From IMG/VR virus record IMGVR_UViG_3300021254_000021, positions 32,001 to 96,000 of that record: a stretch of 64,000 nucleotides of DNA, one strand, 5' to 3'. The DNA comes from a virus (Duplodnaviria; Caudoviricetes). A program made the translations under genes and the position numbers. A model generated the notes under the pieces. The model saw only the letters and a list, made by a program, of their open reading frames with translations, was not told the DNA's origin and searched no databases. This document shows positions 19,446 through 28,683 of the stretch, piece by piece (the first letter of the stretch is position 1; each line of letters opens with the position of its first letter).

Positions 19446-20891
19446 ATGAGCGTTATTACAGAAACAGACAAAAAGTATTTGCTTGAAGCATGGAAACGTA
19501 ATGTCCAGTCCGTGAATAAAATCCGTCCAATGGATGAAGCAGGACAGGTTCATTTAGCAAAGGTTCTTGAAAATACCAAGAACGCTCTCCGTGAACGTGG
19601 TATTTCCAATGAAAACTTTGTTCGTGGCGGCATTACTCAAGGTGCGGATATTTCTTGGTTTCCACCCCATGTCATTAACATGGTTTCTGCCCTCTATGCT
19701 TCACAGATCATTGAAGAGCTAGTTTCCATTCAGCCTCTTGACAATCCTATCGGACAGATCGTTTTCTTACAGTATCTCTATGGCGATACCCGTGGTGATA
19801 ATACTGTTGGTCAGGACATGATCAATGAATTTGGTGCAATGCAGAATCAGGATCAGCGTAATCGTTACGCTTCCCAGATCATTGACGGTGAACCTGCTAC
19901 CTCTACTGGTGGTAAAGACATTGATATGCACCTTCAGAACCTTCCAGTTCTCTTTGATGCAATGCACCCAATTGACCTCATTGATAACACCAATTCTGGT
20001 AACGTTTATCGTGTTAAGAAAACTTCTGACACCACCATTTCAGTTGTTATGGTTAATGCTAAGGGTTATGAAGAAGGTACAAACCTTCTGGATACCACTA
20101 AAGAAGTCATTGTTAAGCCCGATGCAGGTCACTTTAAATTCTCTTTGCTCTCTGCTATTGAATCTGGTGTGAATGCTCGTTATTCACAGGATCTTTCAAG
20201 CGGTCCCTCAATGGCAGGTCGTGTTACCCTTCACCTCAAAACCGAATCTGTTAAGGCCGAGCCACACAAACTCCGTGCCCAGTACGTCTTTGATGCAGGG
20301 TACAGCTTGGCAAAATCACACGGCATTGATATTGAACAGTGCCTCATTGATGCTTGCACAACTGAAATCCGCCATGAACGTGATATGGAAGTTATTAACA
20401 TCCTTATGCACCAAGCCCTTTCCTCAGTCCAGTGGAATAGATTAAACTCAAATTATGTTTCACAGCGTGAACATAATGAGAGCTTCCTCACCACACTGTT
20501 TGCCGCCGCTTCCGAAATCAGCTATCGTACAAAGAAAGTTTTCGGTAACTGGGTTGTCGTTGGTAAAGAAGGTCTTGACACCATTATGTCAGTTGGCGCT
20601 CCTCGTTTCCAAGCAACCGCTCTTAGCAACCTCAATGGTCCAACTGTAGTAGGTACACTTGATAACGCTATGAAAGTTATCTTCTCACCATACGTTGCCC
20701 GTAATGAGTTCCTAGTCGGTTACAAAGGTGATAGCTATATTGATGCGGGTTTCATTGTTGGTGACTATTTGCCGATCGCTTCCACTGATTTCATTACATT
20801 GGACGACTTCGTGAGCCGCAAAGGCTTCGTAAGTATTTGGGGTTCACGTATGGTCAATCCCAATATGTACGTAAAGGGTACAATTGTATAA
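19446..20891 (+). CDS. major capsid protein (T4 gp23-like)
   Basis: LAKVLEN, VSIQPLDNPIGQIVFLQYLYG, VKAEPHKLRAQY, EIRHERDMEVI, VGYKGDSYIDAG; high-expression codon usage. Confidence 0.93.
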   Translation: MSVITETDKKYLLEAWKRNVQSVNKIRPMDEAGQVHLAKVLENTKNALRERGISNENFVRGGITQGADISWFPPHVINMVSALYASQIIEELVSIQPLDNPIGQIVFLQYLYGDTRGDNTVGQDMINEFGAMQNQDQRNRYASQIIDGEPATSTGGKDIDMHLQNLPVLFDAMHPIDLIDNTNSGNVYRVKKTSDTTISVVMVNAKGYEEGTNLLDTTKEVIVKPDAGHFKFSLLSAIESGVNARYSQDLSSGPSMAGRVTLHLKTESVKAEPHKLRAQYVFDAGYSLAKSHGIDIEQCLIDACTTEIRHERDMEVINILMHQALSSVQWNRLNSNYVSQREHNESFLTTLFAAASEISYRTKKVFGNWVVVGKEGLDTIMSVGAPRFQATALSNLNGPTVVGTLDNAMKVIFSPYVARNEFLVGYKGDSYIDAGFIVGDYLPIASTDFITLDDFVSRKGFVSIWGSRMVNPNMYVKGTIV

Positions 20892-20912
20892 TCCTTATAA
20901 ATAAAGGATTTC

Positions 20913-20948
20913 AAGCCCCAAAGGAAGCTCCTTTGGGGCTTTTCTTTT
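20913..20948 (+). terminator. rho-independent terminator after capsid gene
   Basis: AAGCCCCAAAGGA-AGC-TCCTTTGGGGCTT plus T tract. Confidence 0.85.
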
Positions 20949-20977
20949 ATCTGAAATGACCTTTTCTGTTTTTATTG

Positions 20978-21006
20978 TTGCATATTAGTTCTCTTTTTGT
21001 TATTAG
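20978..21006 (+). promoter_or_regulatory. candidate sigma70-type promoter
   Basis: TTGCAT-N17-TATTAG with extended TG, between the capsid terminator and the nuclease gene. Confidence 0.4.
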
Positions 21007-21009
21007 TCA

Positions 21010-21093
21010 TAGTTGGGTGTTATATCCCTTTATTATAGAGCTAGTTGGGTGTTATATCCCTTTGTTCTTTATAGTTGGGTGTTAATTCCCTTA
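21010..21093 (+). repeat. three 22-bp direct repeats in the 5' leader of the nuclease gene
   Basis: TAGTTGGGTGTTATATCCCTTT at 21010 and 21042, TAGTTGGGTGTTAATTCCCTTA at 21072. Confidence 0.9.
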
Positions 21094-21114
21094 ATGATAA
21101 AAAGGAGATATATT

Positions 21115-23610
21115 ATGGCTAGGAAAAGGAAGTTTATAGTAAATATTGGAGACCAATTTGGGAGACTAACTGTATTAAGAGAAGAAGTTAATCCTAAAGA
21201 CATAAGTCACCCAAATTATTTATGTCAATGCTCTTGTGGTAATACTACTATAGTAAGAGCAAAACTATTATGTAAAGGTATTACACAATCTTGTGGGTGT
21301 CTTTGGAAAGACACTATGAAGGAGATAAAGGAAAAACAGAAACAAAAGTCTGCTATCCCTATTGGGACTGTTTCAGGTAATTTAACTGTTATAGAAGATT
21401 TAGGGATTTTGCCATGTGGTGTAAAAAAAGAACATTGTTATAAGTGTAAATGTGTTTGTGGTAAAGAAGTAGTAATTAGACAGCAATGTTTAAAGAGAGG
21501 TCAGGCTTCTTGTGGGTGTACTAAATTTGAAAATCCAAGAAAAGTTATATCTGAAAAAGCAAAGAAAAAGAGAGAGTATCCTACATGGCTGTCTAATTTT
21601 TTAGTGTTTGAAGAAGAAATTAATGGTATAAAAAATAAGGATTATTCTTATGAGACTAGACTTCATTTTCGATGTTCTAATTGTGGGCAAATTGTAGAGA
21701 AGCCAATCTCATATATTATGCGATTAAATAAAGAAAGAGAACAGCCAGTCGTATTATGCTTGAATTGTTCTAATCATCGTTCTTCCTTTGAAGAAGAAGT
21801 TTATCAATATATAAAATCCATAGTTAATGAAAAAACCATACAGAGAAATATATGGGGTATTCTAAGAGATGGTCAAGTACAGTATGAACTGGACATGTAC
21901 CTTCCTGATATAGGTGTAGCTATAGAGTGTAATGGGGATTACTTTCATTCTGCTAGTTATAATAAAGGGGGTTTGTATCACCAAAAGAAATACCAATTAG
22001 CAGAAGATAAAGGGATTCATTTAATTCAAATTTTTGAATCTTACTGGAAAAGTAATAAAGAGAAAATAAAAAGCTATTTACATGATTGTTTGGGAAAAAC
22101 TCAAAAAGTGTATGCACGTAGCTGTTTTATAAGAACTATTACTAAGAATGTAGCTAATAACTTTTATAATGAGAACCATATTCAAGGAGCTAGTTCACAG
22201 TGTGATATAAATCTTGGTCTTTATGATAAAGACTCTTTGATTTCCTGTATGAGTTTTACCAAAGTTGGTTTACACAACCCTACTGCAAAAAATGAGACTT
22301 ATTTTGAACTTGTTCGCTTTTCTGTAAAAAATGGTTTTTCTATTATAGGTGGTGCATCTAAGTTACTTACTTTTTTTGAGAAAGAATATACACCTAGTAA
22401 ATTGCTCTCTTATTCAGACAATGACTTCTTTACAGGGAAGGTGTATAGGATTTTAGGCTTTACATTAGATGCTTATGTAAAGCCTCGTTATCATTGGTTT
22501 ATGCGAGATCAGACAGTTCGTACCAGAGAGAGTTGTCAGTTAAAATATCTATCTAAACAATATCCAGATATTTACAATAAAGCCTTACAAGAGAAAGCTC
22601 TTAATAAAGAGGATTATATTATGGATCAACTAAGAGCTGTTAAGGTATACCACTCTGGTAATAAGAGATGGATAAAGGAATACAAAGGAAATAGTTTAAA
22701 GGAAAATGCTCCGTTAAATGAAAATTCCTCATTAGTCACACTCCCCATGAAAGAGGAAGTTAAGAGTTTTATAAATTCCTTAATTACGGATAGTGTAGTA
22801 GAGTATAGAGATTCTCTATTTGATTTATACTTAGAAAAATTTAATCTTGCTTTTATGTTTTCTTCCTCTATATATAATACAAACCTAAAGAGACCTAAAA
22901 ATTTTTATAGAGATAAATTCTATCTCGCTAGTGAGAAAGGGATTCGTTTAATTTCCATATTTGAGATGGACTGGAAGGCTTCTAAAGATAAGATAAAGAA
23001 TCTTATTAAGTACAACATTTTACCTAAAGAGAAAATCCCTGCTAGGAAGTGTGTGGTAAAGAGTGTATCTATACAGGAAGCATGGGAGTTTTATGATACC
23101 TATCATATTCAGAATAAGTCTTGTTTAGCAAAGATAAATTATGGTCTTTATTATAAAGATTCTTTGGTGGCAGTGATGGGTTTTGGCTCATCCTCTTTCC
23201 ATAACAGGCAGTATAATGAAGGGGATTATGAGCTACATCGTTTTGTAACAAAAACTGGTTTAACTGTTGTGGGTGGGGCGTCTAAATTACTTAGTCTGTT
23301 TGAAAGAGAATACCACCCTGCATTCTTGCTGTCTTATTCGTGGAATGATTGGTATGACGGTACAATGTATTCCAAGTTAGGTTTTACTCTGGATAAGAAT
23401 GTTCCACCAGACTATTTCTGGATTCTAAATGATGAGTGTATTAACAAAAGAAAATGCAGATTGAAAAGTCTTTCCAAGCAATACCCAGAACTGTATGAGG
23501 AAGCCATAGAAAAGAATGTGTCTAATAAAGAGGACTTCATCATGGAAAGTTTAGGTGCAATAAAAGTATATCGTTCAGGATCTAAAAGATGGGTTAAGAA
23601 ATATGTGTGA
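21115..23610 (+). CDS. Zn-finger / Vsr-like nuclease / Mom-like GNAT protein (Hef-like homing endonuclease type) with duplicated nuclease-GNAT module
   Basis: Start reassigned to ATG 21115 (AAGGAG). Two GxxxGxLTV..CxCxCG..SCGC repeats, ELDMYLPDIGVAIECNGDYFH, and two ARxC..H..ELxRF..GGASKLL..SYS..GxxYxxLGF..NKEDxIM domains. Confidence 0.75.
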   Translation: MARKRKFIVNIGDQFGRLTVLREEVNPKDISHPNYLCQCSCGNTTIVRAKLLCKGITQSCGCLWKDTMKEIKEKQKQKSAIPIGTVSGNLTVIEDLGILPCGVKKEHCYKCKCVCGKEVVIRQQCLKRGQASCGCTKFENPRKVISEKAKKKREYPTWLSNFLVFEEEINGIKNKDYSYETRLHFRCSNCGQIVEKPISYIMRLNKEREQPVVLCLNCSNHRSSFEEEVYQYIKSIVNEKTIQRNIWGILRDGQVQYELDMYLPDIGVAIECNGDYFHSASYNKGGLYHQKKYQLAEDKGIHLIQIFESYWKSNKEKIKSYLHDCLGKTQKVYARSCFIRTITKNVANNFYNENHIQGASSQCDINLGLYDKDSLISCMSFTKVGLHNPTAKNETYFELVRFSVKNGFSIIGGASKLLTFFEKEYTPSKLLSYSDNDFFTGKVYRILGFTLDAYVKPRYHWFMRDQTVRTRESCQLKYLSKQYPDIYNKALQEKALNKEDYIMDQLRAVKVYHSGNKRWIKEYKGNSLKENAPLNENSSLVTLPMKEEVKSFINSLITDSVVEYRDSLFDLYLEKFNLAFMFSSSIYNTNLKRPKNFYRDKFYLASEKGIRLISIFEMDWKASKDKIKNLIKYNILPKEKIPARKCVVKSVSIQEAWEFYDTYHIQNKSCLAKINYGLYYKDSLVAVMGFGSSSFHNRQYNEGDYELHRFVTKTGLTVVGGASKLLSLFEREYHPAFLLSYSWNDWYDGTMYSKLGFTLDKNVPPDYFWILNDECINKRKCRLKSLSKQYPELYEEAIEKNVSNKEDFIMESLGAIKVYRSGSKRWVKKYV

Positions 23611-23824
23611 GAGTAGGGCTATTGTGTCGAAGGTATCTCATAATGGAGAATTTAGAACGTACTTTGTCTCAGTAGATGTAGCTTTTTCTATAGCTCGTTG
23701 TTCTAAGAATTACGTTGTTGTGTTTATAGGAAGTGAGAGATATAGATTTTTTAATGGAGAGCCTATATTAACGATTGTTAGAGAAAATTTTAGAGACGAA
23801 AACATGTCTGTTTCTCTAAAGTAA
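23603..23824 (+). CDS. hypothetical protein
   Basis: 73-aa ORF overlapping the upstream stop; no motifs. Confidence 0.3.
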   Translation: MCESRAIVSKVSHNGEFRTYFVSVDVAFSIARCSKNYVVVFIGSERYRFFNGEPILTIVRENFRDENMSVSLK

Positions 23825-23951
23825 TTGTTAAATTCTTGTTTAATACATCTTCTACCTAAAGAGGGAGATGATTTGTTTGAGTATTTAACAACATGAACAG
23901 ACCTTTTTTCTGAAAAAACTTTTACATATAATAGAAAAGGACGTATAGGCT

Positions 23952-24040
23952 ATGGTTAAGCTAGTTAAAAAAGAGTTAGTTAGTGAGGCTCTAAACGTTG
24001 GGTGAAGAAGTACAGCACTAAAAATAAAAGCCCCAATTAA
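23952..24040 (+). pseudogene. chimeric remnant: MVKLVKKE leader joined to a nuclease C-terminus
   Basis: 23952-24005 encodes MVKLVKKELVSEALNVG*; a different frame at 23987-24040 encodes GSKRWVKKYSTKNKSPN*, matching GSKRWVKKYV* at the end of ORF 21115. Confidence 0.6.
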
Positions 24041-24055
24041 GGGGCTTTTATTTTT
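24020..24055. terminator. bidirectional terminator
   Basis: AAAAATAAAAGCCCC-AATTAA-GGGGCTTTTATTTTT between convergent units. Confidence 0.85.
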
Positions 24056-24110
24056 ATCCTTTATGTAAACATTCCAATGTTTCTTTATTATCTGGGTTTA
24101 TTTAAGTAGT

Positions 24111-24500
24111 TTACTCTACTGCCTGTTTAAGAATAAGAAATACATATTTTGGCATTATCTCTAATACAGAAGTAATATAGATCTCTAATGAAGGATCTGT
24201 AGAAACATTATAAGAGAGAGGCTCTATAAGATTTTCTGGTAGCTTCTGATAAATTATACCAGACAAATTCTCTGGTAAAGAATCTACCTGTTCTTGAGTT
24301 ATTCGCTCTCTATCTGACAGGTCTACGATATTTTTATTTAGATTCACTACTACGGCTAAACCTTTTTCTCTCATCTCCTCTACTTCTTCTATAGTAGTAG
24401 GAAGTCTTGAGGAACTTTTACCAAAAGAGAGTCTACCTTGAGGATCGGCGGTAGGTTTTTCACTACCAAATGCTAAATCTAAAACGTATGGAAATGACAT
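24111..24500 (-). CDS. hypothetical virion protein, inverted paralog of 13686..14075
   Basis: 129 aa, same N- and C-terminal motifs (ILKQAV[DE]); AAGGAG RBS and TATCTA on the minus strand. Confidence 0.75.
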   Translation of the reverse strand: MSFPYVLDLAFGSEKPTADPQGRLSFGKSSSRLPTTIEEVEEMREKGLAVVVNLNKNIVDLSDRERITQEQVDSLPENLSGIIYQKLPENLIEPLSYNVSTDPSLEIYITSVLEIMPKYVFLILKQAVE

Positions 24501-24609
24501 AATTTAATCTCCTTAAAATAAGGGTAAGTGTTAGGCTAATAGCCTAATTAGGTAGATAGCGCGTGTAGCCTATCAAATTGTTTAGTTTATCCTTTAAGGA
24601 GGGGTAATT

Positions 24610-27600
24610 ATGAGACCTAATGATGGTAGAGAAGCCGCGTATGTTCGTTCCCGCGTTATAGATAAAAGCCTAGTTCCTGCTTCCACGGAATATCTCCCTT
24701 TATTTACCTGTTTAGCACCAAAAGGCACATCTACAGAACCCGTACTTATTCGTCAGGTGGATGATCTTTTAAATGAGTTTGGTGATCCTTCTATAAACCC
24801 TATTTTATACAGGGATTTAATTACCATTAGAGATTTTGTAAAGGGTGGGCGATCCTGTTGGGTGAATCGTGTCCCTGTAAATGCACAGAAGTTCCACTAC
24901 TATTTTTATCTTAACAATACTCTACCTTTGGTCTATATGCTTTATTTTACTTATCCTAAGTGGAATACACTTACAACAGAGGAAAAGCGTATAGCTAATG
25001 CAGGTTATCTCTATGGTGGTTCAAGCGTTATCCGTTTTCAGGATCATTTAGGTAATTACCTCGATGTAGACATCTTTACTGAAATATATGATATTGTTTC
25101 AAAGAAGGATGAGATATTTGAGAAAACGGGGTGGGTGGTAGATGTACCAGAAAATCCTCTTATCCGAATTGCAGAAAAGCATAACTCTTTACAGCAGTTC
25201 ACCACTTCTGTAAACAAGGGTAGGAAATACATTACTATGAGGTGGCAGGGTACATACTCTACACCAGAAAAACATACTTTAACCTCTACTGTTTATGTAC
25301 AACCTGTTGGTTCTGATGGGAAAATTATCAGAGATTCCGAAGGTCATTTAATTAGACCTGATAATCCAAATAACATCTCCCTTTTTAAGCAGACGGTTGT
25401 ACCTGTAAAGGTATTGGAAGATGTTGTAGATGCCTATATTGGTACACCAGAACATACCTCTTATACAATACCAAGTGTGGGATACTCAAATATTTATAAA
25501 CAAACAAATCATCTTTATTCTAGGAAAACGTCTATAACAGTAGAAAAACCAAATCCAGAACCTCACATTTACTATTTAGAACCTGCTCAAGAAGGTTCTA
25601 ATACCGTTATCATAGGTAAAACTCAAGAGGATGGGGATGGATGGATTTATCTTAATACAGTTAATGGTAGTACATCTTCCAGTACACGTGTAGATAAAGT
25701 TACTCTAAAAAATTCTCTTGTTGCTGATGAAAGGTATAAAGATTGTTTAGAGTTTACAAATGAAGTGAATAAGAGAATAAAAGTTAAAGATGATTATAGT
25801 CAAGATACTATAACAGTAAGTCCATTAGATATTCTTATTCATAATAAAGCTATTTATAAAGTATATTATACTCCTAATTATGTTGTAGACCCTAAAGACC
25901 CTTCTTCTAATTACAACAAAGTGGATGACGCTACTTATGTTTGGAAATTTCCGAATTTATCCACAGAAGGATTAACTCTTACTTTTTCTCCTAGTACATA
26001 CCTAGGGTATTCATATCTTATGTACTCTATTAGTGTAGAATGTACAGAGTATTATACTGGTCCCACTACTATAGAAATAGAACCTTTTGATATATTTGAA
26101 GGAGAGAAGATTCCTTATGATACAAATACACATACATACTTTCCAATAAACACGGAATCAAACCCAGACCTCCTTAGTTTAACCTTTACAGCATCTATTG
26201 GATACTACGTTTTACGAAATAATCCAATACCTTTCCCAGTTTTACAGGATAACCATATTAAGATTGGTATGGCTAATTCTAGTGGTACAGGGGATATTTA
26301 TCAGGAGATAAAATTACCCGCAGGTACATATAACCAGTCAGGTGCAAGGTATATCATAGATAAGTTAATCCATGTCTTTTATAAAGCTACTAGATACACT
26401 GAATCTAAACTAAGAAAAAGGAAGGTGTATTCTGAAATACCTACGACAGATGAGGAATGGGAAGATTATCTTGTTCCAGAATCCGAGTTAATAGATGGTA
26501 CGGAATACTATACCAATGAGAAAGACTCTACCTCTATAGAAAGGATAGAGCCTAATTGGCAAACATTTATTTATTCTTCTTCATCTCCTAATATACCTAA
26601 AGCTCCACTATACAGACTCTTTTATACCTCTACATCATCCTCTAATTATTATTATAATGCGGCTTTTGAAATATGTGATAGCAATTATAGTCTTATTTAT
26701 TCTATTGGAGCAAACTTAGTCTATGTGGACGACCGTATTATAAACAACTTGATGTCAAGAACATTATATAGGGGAGAAGAAGCAGAAGATTTCTCTGTTT
26801 ATTTCCCTTATAGCTATTGGTCTGAGATAGAGGATTATCTTAAAGATAATTTCGACATAGAGATGCACTACCCAGATGGGTTCTCTTCAAGTGAGACACA
26901 TCTTACCTCGTTTGACACAACTTTAATACCAGAATTAAGTGCAGAGGATCTTTTACTCTTTAGTATGGATTCGATGCTCTATCAGGACTCAAATATTTTG
27001 ACCATAACCTCTGTGACTAAATTAAAACCCGCTTCGGCAGGACTGCGTATTAAGTATGTTTTACAGGGTTATGACTTTTCCTACACCAACTTCTTAATTG
27101 AGGAAACAATTACTCTGCCAGATCACTTTACCAATCAGCAATTTGCTGATGCAATGAATGAGAATCCATACGTTAATGTTACTGTGGATGATCCAGAAGC
27201 AGACAATATTTACAGGAATGTTATAGCAGGGTATTTTAGTAACTTAGCCTATACAGTTCACTATGACTTGGATGTAGAAATAACATTAGAGGATTACCAG
27301 AAAGCAATTAAGGTTTATTCAGATCCAAAGTATTATGGAAACTTTATTGCTGATTTAACATATCCTTTAGTAAGGTGGTATGAAAATCCAGACCCAGATA
27401 GTGAGCCTTATTATGAAATCTACATCATGCCAGAAAATGAACGTAGGGCGATTCATTGGACAATGAAGGAGATTGCGGCAACACGTAAGGATTTAATCTG
27501 CATATTCTCAACACCTAATTTACCTTTAGATCAAGCCTGTAATTGGGTAGCCGCTAAAGGTGATTATGCAGATTATTGGGAATACGGTACATCTCAAACC

Positions 27601-28299
27601 TTAGAGTATTCTGAACAGGCTTTCTACTGCGAGATGTACTATGGTTGGTTTAGTTATAAAACAGCCTTAGTTTCCGGCCAACCTTATAAGATTAAGGAAG
27701 TGAATGCAACTCTCTTTGTTATTGCCAACATTATTGATGCTTGGAATAACAAAGGTATCTCTTTCCCTGTTGCGGGAGATCAGGGTGGTGTTTTAAATAG
27801 TAACATAGATTACATAAGTATTCTGGATAACCCAGATACGAAACAGAAGAAGGATAAATTAGTCTCTTACAGAATTAACCCTATTTGGGACACAGGTACA
27901 CGTGGTATTCAGATTTATGGTAATGAGACTTTGAATCCTCTCTATACAGATTTATCTTCGGCGCATATTGCAAGAATGCTTGTGCAGATACGTAACCAGA
28001 TAGACACGTACACAGAGTCGATTAAATTCTCTTTAAATAACAAGTACACATGGGGTAGTTGGATTAATAATGTATCTACTAAGATTCTTGATCCTTTAAA
28101 GGCACAAGGTGGCTTAGTTTGGTACAGTGTTAAGATGGGTACAGACACAACTACGCCCGACCAGATAGCACAAAGAAGAATAAACGGTATTGTTTCTCTG
28201 CAATTCCGACCAGATTTAGAGATAATAGACTTAGAATATACCGTATATTCCTCTGCTTTAGATATGGTTGAGGTTTCTAGTAATATAGTCCTCTTGTGA
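24610..28299 (+). CDS. tail sheath protein paralog 1 (large insertion domains)
   Basis: FGDP motif near N-terminus; FPVAGDQGG, RINPIWDTGTRGIQIYGNETL, HIARML and IKFSLN sheath C-terminal motifs. Confidence 0.88.
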   Translation: MRPNDGREAAYVRSRVIDKSLVPASTEYLPLFTCLAPKGTSTEPVLIRQVDDLLNEFGDPSINPILYRDLITIRDFVKGGRSCWVNRVPVNAQKFHYYFYLNNTLPLVYMLYFTYPKWNTLTTEEKRIANAGYLYGGSSVIRFQDHLGNYLDVDIFTEIYDIVSKKDEIFEKTGWVVDVPENPLIRIAEKHNSLQQFTTSVNKGRKYITMRWQGTYSTPEKHTLTSTVYVQPVGSDGKIIRDSEGHLIRPDNPNNISLFKQTVVPVKVLEDVVDAYIGTPEHTSYTIPSVGYSNIYKQTNHLYSRKTSITVEKPNPEPHIYYLEPAQEGSNTVIIGKTQEDGDGWIYLNTVNGSTSSSTRVDKVTLKNSLVADERYKDCLEFTNEVNKRIKVKDDYSQDTITVSPLDILIHNKAIYKVYYTPNYVVDPKDPSSNYNKVDDATYVWKFPNLSTEGLTLTFSPSTYLGYSYLMYSISVECTEYYTGPTTIEIEPFDIFEGEKIPYDTNTHTYFPINTESNPDLLSLTFTASIGYYVLRNNPIPFPVLQDNHIKIGMANSSGTGDIYQEIKLPAGTYNQSGARYIIDKLIHVFYKATRYTESKLRKRKVYSEIPTTDEEWEDYLVPESELIDGTEYYTNEKDSTSIERIEPNWQTFIYSSSSPNIPKAPLYRLFYTSTSSSNYYYNAAFEICDSNYSLIYSIGANLVYVDDRIINNLMSRTLYRGEEAEDFSVYFPYSYWSEIEDYLKDNFDIEMHYPDGFSSSETHLTSFDTTLIPELSAEDLLLFSMDSMLYQDSNILTITSVTKLKPASAGLRIKYVLQGYDFSYTNFLIEETITLPDHFTNQQFADAMNENPYVNVTVDDPEADNIYRNVIAGYFSNLAYTVHYDLDVEITLEDYQKAIKVYSDPKYYGNFIADLTYPLVRWYENPDPDSEPYYEIYIMPENERRAIHWTMKEIAATRKDLICIFSTPNLPLDQACNWVAAKGDYADYWEYGTSQTLEYSEQAFYCEMYYGWFSYKTALVSGQPYKIKEVNATLFVIANIIDAWNNKGISFPVAGDQGGVLNSNIDYISILDNPDTKQKKDKLVSYRINPIWDTGTRGIQIYGNETLNPLYTDLSSAHIARMLVQIRNQIDTYTESIKFSLNNKYTWGSWINNVSTKILDPLKAQGGLVWYSVKMGTDTTTPDQIAQRRINGIVSLQFRPDLEIIDLEYTVYSSALDMVEVSSNIVLL

Positions 28300-28414
28300 A
28301 CAATGTCAGTTAATGCATGTGGCAGAGGTAGCTCAACCTTAACTTACTCCAACTTATCTATCTTTAGTAAGAGAATGTTTCCTTACTAAAGGTAGAAGCA
28401 TAAGGAGATGGATT

Positions 28415-28579
28415 ATGACAGAGAAAGAGTATTTGGATTATAAAAGAGCAATGAATATCTTTGTTTCCTCTCAATACATTTCAGATATGCGCCCAATTCC
28501 CGGCACACCTGTATTACCCTCTATTCCAGTTCCTGATCCAGAGGAAGATGGGGAAGGTGATAATACAGAAAATCCTTAA
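28415..28579 (+). CDS. small Pro/acidic protein (54 aa), not in the ORF track
   Basis: AAGGAG RBS; MTEKEYLDYKRAMNIFVSSQYISDMRPIPGTPVLPSIPVPDPEEDGEGDNTENP*; TATCTA at 28355 and terminator downstream. Confidence 0.65.
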   Translation: MTEKEYLDYKRAMNIFVSSQYISDMRPIPGTPVLPSIPVPDPEEDGEGDNTENP

Positions 28580-28603
28580 TTAGCTTAGAAGTTTAACTAA
28601 AAC

Positions 28604-28648
28604 AAAACCCTCTAAGAGATTATCTAATTCTCTTAGAGGGTTTTTCTT
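28604..28648 (+). terminator. terminator hairpin with TATCTA in its loop
   Basis: AAAACCCTCTAAGAGA-TTATCTAAT-TCTCTTAGAGGGTTTTT. Confidence 0.75.
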
Positions 28649-28683
28649 TATCCACCCACTACTTCAATAGAAGGAGAAATAGT

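Noticed and set aside
19767-20649. Alternative-frame and antisense ORFs inside the capsid gene, and similar short ORFs inside other long genes
   Set aside because: No RBS or motifs; explained by codon bias of the overlapping real genes.
21010-21093. Mini CRISPR array
   Set aside because: Spacers are only 8-10 nt, there are three units, and no cas genes are present.
21013-21114. N-terminal extensions from the ORF track (21013, 17144, 48075, 16372, 13378)
   Set aside because: They run through repeats, terminators, the miniature IS or upstream genes; downstream ATGs have clear RBSs.
13686-24500. Active invertible segment bounded by the inverted paralogs
   Set aside because: The copies are well diverged and no recombinase is encoded in the window.
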